Assembly: GCA_964016885.1 (NCBI GenBank)
Contig: OZ024740.1
Span: 184,202,001 to 184,266,000, forward strand
Source: Eledone cirrhosa
Lineage: Eukaryota
Length of the DNA: 64,000 bases
Reading direction: 5' to 3'
A program made the translations under genes and the position numbers. The notes under the pieces are model-generated. The model was given only the letters and a program-made list of their open reading frames with translations, searched no databases and had not been told where the DNA came from. Within the stretch, counting starts at the first letter, position 1, and the number at the start of each line of letters is the position of its first letter. Shown here one piece after another: positions 40,266 through 55,339 of the stretch.

Positions 40266-40388
40266 AGTGAAACAATTGTTCTCGGTATGGTGAACTAACT
40301 GTTGTGTTTCTACTTCTAGCAAAATCGTCCCATGTACCGAGTGCTCTACCACTACGGATATTACCTTCCAGTGTTCTACCTCTCTCTT

Positions 40389-40467
<79 letters not shown>

Positions 40468-40553
40468 ACTAAATAGTGAGTCTCATTATTTAACTTTAAT
40501 GAAGTGAAATATTTAAACTCCACTTCGCTTCTTTCTCCCATTCAAACACATAC

Positions 40554-40628
<75 letters not shown>

Positions 40629-40780
40629 AAGCGAGAGAGAGGGAGCGGTAGAATACTGGAAAGTAATATCCGTAGTGGTAGAGCACTCAGTCCACGGGAC
40701 GAGTTAGGTAGAAGTGGTAACACAACAGTTCGTTCACAATACTGAGAACAATTGCTTCACCTGAACAGATCCTCAGTTAG

Positions 40781-40785
<5 letters not shown>
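40266..40785. repeat. Two tail-to-tail copies of the hammerhead element of 5437-5638 (40266-40380 +, 40648-40785 -)
   Basis: The + copy begins GTGAAACAATTGTTCTCGG. The - copy has CTGAGGATCTGTTCAGGTGAAGCAATTGTTCTCAG (degenerate). The copies are separated by (CT)n(TA)n...(TA)n(GA)n. Confidence 0.75.
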
Positions 40786-40816
<31 letters not shown>

Positions 40817-41704
40817 AGTTATATTTTCAACAATAGTAATCCTATGCTGTTATCTAATCTCAAAGAATTTTCCTTTGTACTGAAAGTACCTATAAGACAA
40901 ATATGGAAGAGAAAATACATTTTAATATAATATGTGCGTACATGTAAAATATATATTGAAATATAAGTAATTTCTCAAAAACAAACTATGCACAAGATGA
41001 TGTATCGAATGATACACATACGAAACTCACACACATACATAAATTAATATTTTGTTCTCAGCTGAACATATGTATAATCATGCACGCACAAGTGTGAATG
41101 AGGTTACTCCATCAAATTAAAGTTTATCGATATTGTAGGTGAGCCTGTAGCAGTGGAGACCTCTGCCGTTTTTGGCACCCGGACCACATCCCTACTCACT
41201 GCTATCGGAGTGCAGTTGGCTGCCCAGAGGTACAAGCTACTCACGGGGCAGTGGCTGTTCCAAGGCGACTCAAGGTAGCCACTAAACACCTATCCTCAAT
41301 CCGGCCCGTTATGGCTCATGAACATAAGAGCGAAGTGTTGCTGAAAAAACAAATATATGCTTTGCACACGCAGTGGTCCGCCAAAAATCGGATTGTAGAT
41401 TTGTTGTCACACTGTGCCTTCGCCACTGAGGCCAACCGAACGGATTTCGCCCCCCCCCCTCAAATCTCTAAGTCTACTTACCCTAGCTCTAACAATGCTT
41501 CACGCTGAAGAATCTGTCGAACGCCAATCTCACCACGAACACGTCGGCTGCGAGGACTTTCCTAATGGCCTCTTCTAGTTCTCTAATCGATTCTCTCTTT
41601 AGTCTAGATTTCTCTATGGCTTCTCCATTACTGAACCTTATAAATGTTGCACAAATTGCACTTCTCAGGATGAAGCATCATCTGTTGTTGATGATTATAC
41701 CCGT

Positions 41705-44700
41705 CATCATTGCCATCATCATCATCGTTTCACGTCTATCTTCCACGCTAGCATGGGTTTAGACGGAATTGTCCCAATTGAGGCAAGATGGTCGTCTCGC
41801 TCGTATAGGACTGTCTGGCAGGTTTTCTACGGCTGGATGCCTTTCCTAACCCCAACCACTTTTAGAGTGTGGACTGAGAGGTTTTTACCGTGTTATCTAC
41901 ACCGCCACATTACAGCGTGGACTGTGTGACTTATTTTTTGTCGTGACACCTACACGAACTCATTTATTTAGGACTGGATGTTGTGGTACCAACATAACTT
42001 TACAGAGGAAGGGTGGTGTTGATGGGGGTGGGGAGTTGGGGTAGTGGGAGGGGGGTGTATATTTGTTTAAGATGTGCCTACTGACTGTAGGTTTCGCTTT
42101 ATACTTAGGCAAGGCGGGTTTTCTATATTACTGCGTGGCGCCAAAGATCTCGGTCCAGTGACATAGTCTTAGATAGGTGTAAGTGTGTACGGTCAGAATT
42201 TATCAAATCGTCCCAGGTTTTTCTGGGTCTGCCTACTCCGTAACTTCCGTCAAATTTGATCGCCCTGTACTTTTTTATACAGTTGTCGTCTTTCATGCGC
42301 ATCACGTGACCATACCAACGTAGTCTTCTCTCCAGTAAACAGCATCTGATCCCTCTTATACCTAATTTCTCACTTAGTTCATTTATGCTTTGCTGTTCAC
42401 GTGTATTACCATTACACATCCAGCGGAGCATGCATGCTTCGTTTCTCTCCAGCCTGCGCAGATCCTCTGCACACAATGACCATGTCTCACTGCCATGTAA
42501 CATAGCTCTTCGTATGCAGGCATCATACATTCTGCCTTTCATTTTTAGAGAGAAACATTTAGCGGCCAATAGTGGTATAAGCTCTCTGAACTCTTTCCAT
42601 CCCGTTCGACTCTGGCTACTGTACTTTCTGAGCACCCTCCACCACTGGTGATTTTTGTCACCCAGGTTACGGAAGGTGTCCACTATTTCTATAGAGCCAT
42701 CAGGGCAATAGATGGGGCTAGTATCCTGTGGGCGCTTGCTACTTATTGCACCTGAGCACCGGCCACATATAAAATCTACGTTCTCAGATAGCTTAACTGT
42801 GATCCCACTACATCTTTTATGCACCCGTACTTGCATTTGGGACATAAAATGGAATTTCTGCCTACTCCTTTCCTGCGCACTGAGCATGGCCATTTCCCAG
42901 AGGAGACCTGTGCCCTATTTTCCTTCCTGCATACTAGAACTTTAGTCTTAGATAAATTAACTTTAAGGCCTTTGGATTCTAGGCCATGCTTCTTGTTTGG
43001 AATTTCTTCTCTAGTTCAGCCATCGATTCAACCATAAGCGTTAGATCGTCTGCATAGAGAAGTTCCCATGGGCAGCCGTTCTTGAACTCCTCTGTTATGG
43101 CCTGAAGGGCAATAATAATAAGGACAGAGCCCTGATGGACACCAACTTTTACGCTAAATTCTTCACTATATTCGTTGTTAATTCTAACCTTGGTGATTGT
43201 TTCTTTATACATGGCTTGTATAGCCCTCACAAGCCATTCATCAACCACTGGTTTTGTAAGGGCCCGCCAGATAATGGCGCGGGAGACTCTGTCAAAGGCT
43301 TTCTCCAAGTCAACAAAAGCTAAGTAAAGGGGTTTACTTTTAGCTAGCTACTTCTCCTGTAGTTGTCGTACAAGGAAAAGGGCGTCTGTTGTACTTTTAC
43401 CTGACACAAACCCAAACTGCATTTCGTCTAGATCAATTTACTCTCTCATTAGTTGTGCTATAAGTTTTTCTGTGATCTTCATGAGTTGGACAATTAATTT
43501 AATGCCTCTATAGTTTCCTCTATCTAGTGCATCTCCTTTACCCTTGTAGCAGTTAATGTTGATGCTGCTACGCCAGTCATTTGGTATGACCCCGTTCTGT
43601 ATAACTTGGTTTACTATCCGTGTGACCATAGTGTGTCCTACCGTTACAGATGCTTTCAGCATTTCAGCAACTATCTCCATAGACCCAGCTGCCTTGCCTG
43701 TCTTCATATCTTTGGTTACCTTACTTATAATACTACCTTCAATTTGCACTGCTGGCCCCTCTATTGGATCGATGTGGGGCAGACTATCTTTGTCCCATTT
43801 ATTCTCCTTATTTAGTAGCCTCTCGTAGTGACACTTACAATCTACCTTTTATCAGCGTCAGTGATGGCAAGTACACCATCATCATTACGGACACACTTCT
43901 CCCCGACAATATCACGGTTTTCCTTGACACATTGCCTGAACACCTCACGTTTTTGGTCCTCGCGTTGTAGAACATGCTTGAACTTTCTTTCTTCTGCTTC
44001 TCTTCTTGCGAAGTACACTTGTCTCCTAGCTTCCCTCCTGGCCACTTGATAGTCTTCTCTACTTCCTCCATCCCGTCATACTTTCCAAGCCTGATCTTTG
44101 GCCTTGATTGACTCCGCCACCTACTGTTCCACCACCAAGTTACTCTCCTCCTGCCTATAGGTCTGCTCCAGCCACAGATTTCATCAGTCTCCTTCAGTAT
44201 GTTAACTTTCAGGAATTCCTAATGTTCCTCTATATTGTACGACTCTCATTGCTCTTCCTTACTGTCAAAAGCATCAAGTAGTATGCTTTTAAATTTGTTA
44301 CTGGCTGCGGGGTCCTTTAACTTTCATATTTTTTCCTTGGGGTAGTCCTCCTCTGTTGTCGAGTAGGTCATATCCTGACTATGACGTCGCCAACAATCAG
44401 GCTATGTTGGGAGGTGCATTCTTCATGGGAGAGGGATTTAGTGTTTACACCAGGCACTCTGTCACGTCTTCTGGTAAGGATATAATCTATCTGACTGGCG
44501 TGTTCCCCTGATCTATAGGTGATCAAGTGATTGTCTCGCTTTTTGAAGTTTGTGTTACAGATAGTTAGGTTATTTGCGTCACAGAATTTCAGGATTCTAG
44601 AGCCTTCCTCATTTCTAGTACCAAACCCATAGCCTCTGTGGATTCCGTCATAGCCGTCACAATGTTGTCCAACATGACCATTTAGGTCGCTAGCAATAAT

Positions 44701-45330
44701 AATGTAGTCACTGTCGGTTATTTGGGAGGTAGTGAGCATTAGCGACTCATAGAATCTGTCTTTTATAAACCCAGGCAGTCCAGATTGGGGTGCAGACGCG
44801 GATATTATTGTCACAGTAGTTATATTTAGGACAAGTCTTATTTTAATTATTCTGTGGTTCATTTTATTTAGGTCTATTATCTTATCTACCCATTTTTCTG
44901 CTAACATGATTCCTACTCCACCCAGCCCATCGTCATTTCCCACCCAGAAAAGTTTATAACATCGTTTTTTACCCACAATGAATCTCGCAGACCCACCCTC
45001 CACCTGGTCTCTTGAAAACAGCAGACATCAACTTCCTTATGTTCAAGCAACTCTACAACCTCGTTAGAGCGACCTTTTAAGGTGCCTACATTCATGGTAC
45101 AAACTCTGAAGATTTGGATTGCGTTTGGTGGGTGGGATGGATAAGGCACATAGTGGGGTGAGGGAGATGGGTTATGTTAGTCATCCGCGACCGAAATAAA
45201 GAGGAGTCCTTGCATTCTCGTCCGGCAACATGAGGTGAATTTATCTTTATCTTTGGCATTGTCATTGAGTGTCTAGATTTTTCAGACTCTCCAGAATTCC
45301 CGAGTCCATCTAGCATATTGAAAAGCAACC
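41705..45330 (-). mobile_element. RTE (BovB-like) LINE, near full length, decayed
   Basis: CTMNVGTLKGR...CFQETRW, DLNGHVG, GFGTRNEEG and QIDYIL (APE); YKGKGDALDRGNYRGIKL, EKAFDRV, GVHQGS, WELLYADDL; Cys insert VHKRCSG...FICGRC; GRPRKTW; (GAT)n tail. Confidence 0.93.
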
Positions 45331-46519
45331 AGGTCTAAAATTAAGAAGTGATAGCCGAGGCGCTGGGTTTTTGAAAAAGATTGGTAGGAGAAACATATTA
45401 TAAGCTGCTGAATTATGATTCGATCAAATAATAATGGTGGCGAGTGGGGGCGAGAGGGAGGGATTTGGGGGAGTTAGTGAGAAGGTTATTTTATAATATA
45501 ATCCTAGAAATTTTACCATAATTAAACGAGCATATAACAGTAATAAGAGTTTAAATACAAGTAGAAGATTGTTTTCGAGGGTCTGAAAAAATGATGGGAT
45601 TTTTAAAATGCAAGAAGATTGTTTTGAACGATCAGACAGAATTATCGAATAACATTGAAAAGAAAAGATTGGATTCTAAGTTAAGCGGACGATATAATAC
45701 TGATAGGTTACTGGACTAGGAACATGGAGAGACAAGAAAAATAGGATGAATATATTACATTTCACAAAAAGCGAGCGAGCGGGCTATTTGACCAAGAATA
45801 AGGGATCGGCAAATTCGGAGTTTCGTAGCACACAAGTTTATTTTATATTTGGAGAGAGAAGGATGGGGTGGGGGGTGAAAGAGAACATGCAGGCGTTTAT
45901 ACGATATGTGGGGTGGGGATAGAGAAGAGAAGAGACTAGGAAGAAGTTTCGAGAAGGTTATTTTATAATATAATCCTAGAAATTCTGCCATAATTAAAAG
46001 TGCTTAAATACAAGTAGAAGATTGTTTTCGAGGGTCTGACAAGATCACTAATTCGTGTTCTGTGTGGTCAACTACTTTGGAATGTGGACATTATCTACTT
46101 CCCTACAAATTACGATCTCCATGACCCGATGAGGTTTACCCATGTCCACATTTGCATATTCGGAAAATCAAATTGGTACCTGTTAGATAGTTTGAAATAT
46201 CTGAGCTGGTTTGCGAAATTTTCAAACCCTTCTTCTCTATCTGCTAACTCCACACAGTCTCAGCGGGTGTCTAAGATACCATGCCAGTCGACCACTAGCG
46301 TGACGCTTCTAGAAATTTCTCCAACCGCTTGAAGGAAATAGGTAATAGATGATGAAGAAGAACAAATAAAATGATTATGAAAACAATAAGCATTTCAGTC
46401 GGGTCGCAGATGCGGGACACATTCTTCATCACTCTTACCAAGTCTGCGATCAGAATATTAAACTTAGCACTATTGGATATTGCTGAAATTTTGAGTGCCA
46501 GATATTTAGAGACCATGGG

Positions 46520-47230
46520 TTAGCATAGTGTGAGTGGAAAGACACATCCAACACTTCATCAATCGCATGCAGTTCTCTGGCTAAATTGAAAGAGACAGAA
46601 TCAGAATATACAAAGGAGCCACGGAGAAATATAGGACCCTCATAGAAATGGAGATGAAAGGAATTTGCTCATTATACAGGAGCAAATCATGTATTAGCTT
46701 AGATAGGACTAAGACTAAACATAAGATAGAGATAGCCACTTCATGGTACGACAACGACAGATACCTGAGTGTCATGTTCGTGGATGCTACCCCTGGAATG
46801 AAATTAGCTAAGCAATGTAGAAAGACCTATCTAAAAGTTAAACTGGTAGAAAAGCCAGGAACTACCATAAAATCCCGGATAAGCAGGAAATACCTCTTGA
46901 AATACCACTAGAAATGTAGTCTATATCAAAAGATGTACAGAGGATACTTGCAGAAACATGACAATGACATACATTGGTGAGACAGCTAGAATCATAGGAG
47001 AAAGAATAGATCAAAACTGGGGGGCTAAAAGACAAAGAAAATCGGTTCAGTATTATATGAACACGCCAGACAAAGACATGACGGTAATATAGAGAACATA
47101 GAAATTAAAATATCTCAGCATAGAAATGACTCAACGGGTAGGCAAATCAGAGAAGCAACTGAGATAGAAAAAGAAAACCAAAGTTGAACAGAAAGAACGA
47201 ATGGAATAACTATAACAATCATACCCAAAC
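46520..47230 (+). pseudogene. Penelope-like element relic (RT thumb + GIY-YIG endonuclease)
   Basis: HFINRMQFSG, MFVDATPG...VEKPGTTIK, VVYIKRC...TYIGETARIIGERI, EHARQRH, RQIREATEI, NRKNEW across frameshifts. Confidence 0.8.
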
Positions 47231-47428
47231 AACCAATACTGACCGAAGGGAAATATAAATAAGTAAATATATACACAAGTACAATAACAACAAATACACA
47301 TAAACAGACACTAATTAACAAAGATAGAATACAAAACTACATACACTCAAACACGAAAACACACGTAAGCGCATGCGCAAACAGAGACGGAGACAAGAAT
47401 AAATAAATAAACAAAATAAAAATGGCTC

Positions 47429-47471
<43 letters not shown>

Positions 47472-47517
47472 ATGTATATATAGATATAAATATATGTATA
47501 TACAAACATATATGTAC

Positions 47518-47550
<33 letters not shown>

Positions 47551-47553
<3 letters not shown>

Positions 47554-47707
47554 TAGACCACCCGTGACCCGTTGGGTCATGTTCACTTTAAAATATTTTT
47601 TTTTAAATCGTGTTCACTTAAATATAATTTTTAAATAATAAAAATATACACAGACGTGTATATAACGTGAAATGAAACTGGAAGGCCTATATATATATAT
47701 GTGAGTG

Positions 47708-47752
<45 letters not shown>

Positions 47753-47789
47753 ATATATGTGTGTGTGTAAACATATACATATATATGTA

Positions 47790-47841
<52 letters not shown>

Positions 47842-47909
47842 GATGTCTGTGATCTACATGCACTGGTCATAATCGCACACATATATATATATATATATTC
47901 ACACACACT

Positions 47910-47959
<50 letters not shown>

Positions 47960-48282
47960 ACAGCACCACCAGCTCTCTTCCATTTTCATTCTCTGTCTCC
48001 TCTCCCTCTTTCTGTATCTCTTTCAATCTACTCTCTCACAGCCACTATCTCTTTCTCTCTATCTGTTTCTCTCTTTGTTTACTTTGTTTATGAAGGCACC
48101 AGCAAAACCCCATATGACGGGAACCCGCGGTCCGAATTAAGCGAAATTTGTTTTGTTCCATTTGTATTCCCATTTCAGGGTCAAATTCCTTTCAAAGTAT
48201 TTTCCCATTATGCGCCCTTTTGGCTGTATTACATTACAGATAAGCAAGCAAGCAATCAATCACAGACGTTTAGTATTATATA
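47551..48282 (+). mobile_element. Possible Helentron-associated non-autonomous element (HINE/DINE-like)
   Basis: Begins TACTAG..CCCG with a short hairpin TGACCC/GGGTCA, has internal microsatellites, and ends with tetranucleotide repeats then TTTAGTATTATAT. This is a pattern resemblance only. Confidence 0.35.
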
Positions 48283-49102
48283 AAAATGTATACACCATTC
48301 TAATATATATATTGCCTGTACAGGTAATCAAAGTGTGTATACATTTGTCGGGGACACCATATATATATATATATACCGGGGTCCCTAAAAATGTATACAC
48401 CATTCTAATATATATATTGCCTGTACAGGTAATCAAAGTGTGTATACATTTTTTCGGGAACACCATATATATATATATATATATACCGGGGTCCCTAAAA
48501 ATGTATACACCATTCTAATATATATATTGCCTGTACAGATAATCAAAGTGTGTATACATTTTTCGGGGACACCATATATATATATACCGGTGTTCCTAAA
48601 AATGTATACACCATTCTAATATATATATTGCCTGTACAGGTAATCAAAGTGTGTATACATTTTTCGAGGACACCAGATATATATATATATATACCGGGGT
48701 CCCTAAAAATGTATACACCATTCTAATATATATATATTGCCTGTAGAGATAATCAAAGTGTGTATACATTTTTCGGGGACACCATATATATATATATATA
48801 TCGGGGTCCCTAAAAAAGTATACACCATTCTAATATATATATTGCCTGTACAGGTAATCAAAGTGTGTATACATTTTTCGGGGACACCATATATATATAT
48901 ATATATATATATATACCGGTGTCTCTAAAAATGTATACACCATTCTAATATATATATTGCCTGTACAGATAATCAAAGTGTGTATACATTTTTCGGGGAC
49001 ACCCTATATCTATATACTGGTGTCCCTAAAAATGTATACACCATTCTAATATATATATTGCCTGTACAGGTAACCAAAGTGTGTATACATTTTTCGGGGA
49101 CA

Positions 49103-49141
<39 letters not shown>

Positions 49142-49429
49142 AATGTCCCTAAAAATGTATACACCATTCTAATATATATATTGCCTGTACAGGTAATCAA
49201 AGTGTGTATACATATTTCGGGGACACCATATATATATATATATATCGGGGTCCCTAAAAAAGTATACACCATTCTAATATATATATTGCCTGTACAGGTA
49301 ATCAAAGTGTGTATACATTTTTCGGGGACACCATATATTTATACCGGGGTCCCTAAAAATGTATACACTATTTTAGTATATATATTGCCTGTACAGGTAA
49401 TCAAACTGTGTATACATATTTCGGGGACA

Positions 49430-49464
<35 letters not shown>

Positions 49465-50278
49465 GGGGTCCCTAAAAATGTATACACCATTCTAATATAT
49501 ATATATATTGCTTGTACAGGTAATCAAAGTGTGTATACATTTTTGGGGACACCATATATATATATATATATACCGGGATCCCTAAAAATGTATACACCAT
49601 TCTAATATATATATTGCCTGTACAGGTAATCAAAGTGTGTATACATTTTTCGGGGACACCATATAGATATATATATATATATACCGGTGTCCCTAAAAAT
49701 GTATACACCATTCTAATATATATATTGCCTGTACAGGTAATCAAAGTGTGTATACATATTTCGGGGACACCATATATATATATACCGGTGTTCCTAAAAA
49801 TGTATACACCATTCTAATATATATATTGCCTGTACAGGTAATCAAAGTGTGTATACATATTTCAGGGACACCATATATATATATATATACCGGAGTCCCT
49901 AAAAATGTATACATCATTCTAATATATATATTGCCTGTACAGGTAATCAAAGTGTGTATACATTTTTCGGGGACACCATATATATATATACCGGTGTCCC
50001 TAAAAATGTATACACCATTCTAATATATATATTTCCTGTACAGGTAATCAAAGTGTTTATACATTTTTCGGGGACACTATATATATATATATATACCGGG
50101 GTCTCTAAAAATGTATACACCATTCTAATATATATATTGCCTGTACAGGTAATCAAAGTGTGTATACATTTTTGGGGACACCATATATATATACCGGGGT
50201 CCCTAAAAATGTATACACCATTCTAATATATATATTGCCTGTACAGGTAATCAAAGTGTGTATACATTTTGGGGGACA

Positions 50279-50313
<35 letters not shown>

Positions 50314-50562
50314 GGGATCCCTAAAAATGTATACACCATTCTAATATATATATATATATATATACCGGTGTCCCTAAAAATGTATACACCATTCTAATAT
50401 ATATATTGCTTGTACAGGTAATCAAAGTGTGTATACATTTTTGGGGACACCATATGTATATATATATATATATATACCGGGATCCCTAAAAATGTATACA
50501 CCATTCTAATATATATATTGCCTGTACAGGTAATCAAAGTGTGTATACATTTTTCGGGGACA

Positions 50563-50605
<43 letters not shown>

Positions 50606-51199
50606 GGTGTCCCTAAAAATGTATACACCATTCTAATATATATATTGCCTGTACAGGTAATCAAAGTGTGTATACATATTTCGGGGACACCATATATATA
50701 TATATACCGGGGTCCCTAAAAAAGTATACACCATTCTGATATATATATTGCCTGTACAGGTAATCAAAGTGTGTATACATTTTTCGGGGACACCATATAT
50801 ATATACCGGGGTCCCTAAAAATGTATACACCATTCTAATATATATATTGCCTGTACAGGTAATCAAAGTGTGTATGCATATTTCGGGGACACCATATATA
50901 TATATACCGGTGTCCCTAAAAATGTATACACCATTCTAATATATATATTGCCTGTACAGGTAATCAAAGTGTGTATACATATTTCGGGGACACCATATAT
51001 ATATATATATATACCGGGGTCCCTAAAAATGTATACACCATTCTAATATATATATTGCCTGTACAGGTAATCAAAGTGTGTATACATTTTTCGGGGACAC
51101 CATATATATATATACCGGTGTCCCTAAAAATGTATACACCATTCTATTATATATATTGCCTGTACAGGTAATCAAAGTGTGTATACATTTTTGGGGACA

Positions 51200-51232
<33 letters not shown>

Positions 51233-52161
51233 GGGATCCCTAAAAATGTATACACCATTCTAATATATATATATTGCCGGTACAGGTAATCAAAGTGTGT
51301 GTACATTTTTAGGGGACACCATATATATATATATATATATATATACCGGTGTCCCTAAAAAAGTATACACCATTCTAATATATATATTGCCTGTACAGGT
51401 AATCAAAGTGTGTATACATATTTCGGGGAGACCATATATATATATATACCGGGGTCCCTAAAAATGTATACACCATTCTAATATATATATTGCCTGTACA
51501 GGTAATCAAAGTGTGTATACATTTTTCGGGGACACCATATATATATATATACCGGTGTCCCTAAAAATGTATACACCATTCTAATATATATATTGCCTGT
51601 ACAGGTAATCAAAGTGTGTATACATATTTCGGGGATACCATATATATATATATACCGGGGTCCCTAAAAAAGTATACACCATTCTAATATATATATTGCC
51701 TGTACAGGTAATCAAAGTGTGTATACATTTTTCGGGGACACCACATATATATACCGGGGTCCCTAAAAATGTATACACCATTCTAATATATATATTGCCT
51801 GTACAGGTAATCAAAGTGTGTATGCATATTTCGGGGACACCATATATATATATACCGGTGTCCCTAAAAATGTATACACCATTCTAATATATATATTTCC
51901 TGTACAGGTAATCAAAGTGTTTACATTTTTCCGGGACACTATATATATATATATATATATACCGGGGTCCCTAAAAATGTATACACCATTCTGATATATA
52001 TATTGCCTGTACAGGTAATCAAAGTGTGTATACATTTTTGGGGACACCATATATATATATATATATATATATATACCGGGATCCCTAAAAATGTATACAC
52101 CATTCTAATATATATATTGCCTGTACAGGTAATCAAAGTGTGTATACATTTTTCGGGGACA

Positions 52162-52224
<63 letters not shown>

Positions 52225-52308
52225 GGGGTCCCTAAAAATGTATACACACTTCTAATATATATATTGCCTGTACAGGTAATCAAAGTGTGTATACATTTTT
52301 CGGGGACA

Positions 52309-52347
<39 letters not shown>

Positions 52348-52641
52348 GGGGTCCCTAAAAATGTATACACACTTCTAATATATATATTGCTTGTACAGGT
52401 AATCAAAGTGTGTATACATTTTTGGGGACACCATATATATATATATATATACCGGGATCCCTAAAAATGTATACACCATTCTAATATATATATTGCCTGT
52501 ACAGGTAATCAAAGTGTGTATACATTTTTCGGGACACCATATATATATATATACCGAGGTCCCTAAAAATGTATACACCATTCTAATATATATATATTGC
52601 CTGTACAGATAATCAAAGTGTGTATACATTTTTCGGGGACA

Positions 52642-52724
<83 letters not shown>

Positions 52725-52916
52725 CCGGGGTCCATAAAAATGTATACATCAATCTAATATATATATTGCCTGTACAGGTAATCAAAGTGTGTAAACATTT
52801 TTCGGGGACACCATATACATATACCGGGGTCCCTAAAAATGTATACACCATCCTAATAAATAATGCATGTATAGGCAATCAAAGTGGGTATACTTGTTTG
52901 GGGGGGACAACCTGTA
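48283..52916. repeat. Tandem array of about 42 mini-MITE units (~88 bp) separated by variable (TA)n
   Basis: Unit is CCGGKGTCCCTAAAAATGTATACACCATTCTAA(TA)nTTGCCTGTACAGGTAATCAAAGTGTGTATACATTTTTCGGGGACACCA. Unit ends are ~24-bp imperfect inverted repeats. Confidence 0.95.
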
Positions 52917-52992
52917 TATACACAAATATGAACATATATATAGAGAGAAAGTGTGTGGAAGCAAGCAAGGAAGCAAGATCAGAGTTTTAGTA

Positions 52993-53043
<51 letters not shown>

Positions 53044-53122
53044 AATATATATATATATATATATAAATATTTATATATATATATATGTATAAGAAAACAT
53101 ACCCTTTCCCCTCACACATGCG

Positions 53123-53186
<64 letters not shown>

Positions 53187-53819
53187 CATGTGGGAAGGGA
53201 GTGGGTATGTTTTATTACATATATGAATCACCACCTGAAAGTTATAATACACTTAAAGAAAAATGTGTTAGATAAAGGCTTTCAGCTCACCAGCTGAGAA
53301 AACAGTGCATACTACTGCTAAGATTGTGCAATTAGTTGTTAATGATGCACTTGAATCTCAACAGGCAAATTCTATAATTGTAAATCATGCTAAACCGGTG
53401 AAATAAAAACGTTAATAAACATTTTTTTTAAAGAATATATGAATTTAACAAGACTAACAAGTTATGACTGAATATAAAACACATTACTAGAGGACACGAA
53501 AAATAACCAATAAGTAATGAAGTGAATAAGATCATGATTCAGCTGTTGATTCATAGAAATATATATATATATACATATAGATATACAAATTAGAAAGCTT
53601 AAATAACATACACTTATTGAAACTTAAAAATAACTTGTGAAGTGTATTTTGCAGTTGGAGCACTAGTAAATGTGTGAAATAAATATATACTGTAATATAT
53701 ATCTTTCTTTCTATATACGATTTCTATATGCTTGTATGTATTAATGTAAACACACACACACACACACAACACACATAGACACAGACACATGCACATATAT
53801 ATATATATATATGTGTGTG

Positions 53820-53853
<34 letters not shown>

Positions 53854-53864
53854 AATATATATGC

Positions 53865-53894
<30 letters not shown>

Positions 53895-53895
<1 letters not shown>

Positions 53896-54415
53896 ATGCG
53901 TATGAAGGATGGCAGCTGCATAAAAAGCTGCAAAGCACTAAAAGTCGATGAAGCCTTGGCATGGTGAGACACAAGAAGACCTGTGATGAGGTGATAAAAG
54001 CTGACCTTGCGCAATTGCACCTTCAAAGTTGATGGCATAAGATCGAGACCTGTGGCGTTACGCAGTAATACAGGAGATCTGACTACCCACGAGTACAAGC
54101 CGAAGCTGAAGCATATAGATAGTATGCCTTCACCGCCCTCCCACTGTTAAATTGTCGTGGAGGCGTCACGATAAAAAGCACACAGTCAACACTGTAAAGT
54201 GGACATGTAGGCGCCACGGTAAAAAAGCACCCAGAATTCATTGTAAATGAGGTTGGTGTTAGGAAGGGCCTCCCGCTGTTGAAATCAAGCCAAAATCAGT
54301 TCCATATCAGCAAGGCATGGTCACCTGACAACAGGACAATCCGTCTAAGCTATGCTAATGTGGAAGAATGGACGTAAAATGGTGATGATGATGAAGATAA
54401 TTATGATGATGATGA
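53895..54415 (+). mobile_element. RTE LINE 3' end with (GAT)n tail
   Basis: MRMKDGSCIKSCKALKVD...KKTCDEVIKADL is homologous to the end of the 42123-42893 ORF. The UTR has GGTTGGTGTTAGGAAGGGC. Confidence 0.7.
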
Positions 54416-54519
54416 TATATATATATATATATATATGAATAATATGGAACACATTTTCTCATAACCGTTCGATTAAGAAATTGTTGCGGAAAAAACAGTC
54501 AGAGCATACACATGAGTTA

Positions 54520-54955
54520 ATTTTACTTGGACGAATGTCTCCAAGTCCATGCGTATGTATTTTCTAGGGCGTGTAAAATTCCCGAGATCCATGGACGGGT
54601 TCTCTCCAGCGGTCTCTGCCCCTCATTGTCGCTGCCATGTCCTGCGTCTCCAACAGACCAGTGTCTGTCCTTAGGGCATCAACATACGTTAACCTTGGTC
54701 TTCCTCTTCCAGTGTGTCCACATAGTGGAGTCTGTGCTGCTCTACGGGTCTGAGACTTGGACACTGACCAAGAAACTCACTCAGATGGTGGATGGGTGCT
54801 ACACGAGAATGCTGAGGATGGCTCTAAACATTAATCATTATACACTGAGGATGAAAAACTCAGAGCTATATGAGAGCCTCCCAAACGTCAGCTCAAAAGT
54901 GACTCAGAGGAGATTGAGGTTAGCTGGACATGCTCACCGACATCCAGAGTTGTCA
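54520..54955. mobile_element. RTE-X-like LINE 3' fragment with 5' inversion
   Basis: + strand 54722-54955 reads VESVLLYGSETWTLT...RRLRLAGHAHRHPEL. - strand 54720-54564 reads GRGRPRLTYVDALRTD...DRWRE. Confidence 0.8.
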
Positions 54956-55339
54956 ATGCGTATGTATATAGGTATAAAAAGCATTACAACGCAGGAACAT
55001 ACACGAAGATGGCAAATACTGATTCTCAAGAACTATGCAGACTTGTTTCGAGCCGTGAAAAATGCAGATTACCATTATTAAATAAAAGGCAAATTCAAAC
55101 CTGGTGTTTTTATTTTTTTATTTGAGTAGCTGAAGGTCGTTTCATGAATAAAAGAAACGCCACAAATTTGGCAAATAAAATATCGCAACTCAAAGGCAAG
55201 AACAGTCATATTTATCAAATGGAAGATGAAAAAATTACGATCATACGTAAATGGATTCAAAGCCTGCAGATTATGCAATGACGAGAAATGATGGATATTG
55301 AATAATCTCTGCAATAGCAAACCGTTTAATACACGGACA

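Noticed and set aside
45480-46040. Short direct duplication (45480-45590 versus 45950-46040)
   Set aside because: Small diverged local duplication beside the RTE 5' end, with no LTR termini or other structure.
48283-52916. CRISPR-like repeat-spacer appearance and repetitive ORFs ([23 protein letters not shown])
   Set aside because: Spacers are only (TA)n, repeats are ~88 bp, there are no cas genes and the context is eukaryotic. Frames change with TA length, so the ORFs are artefacts.
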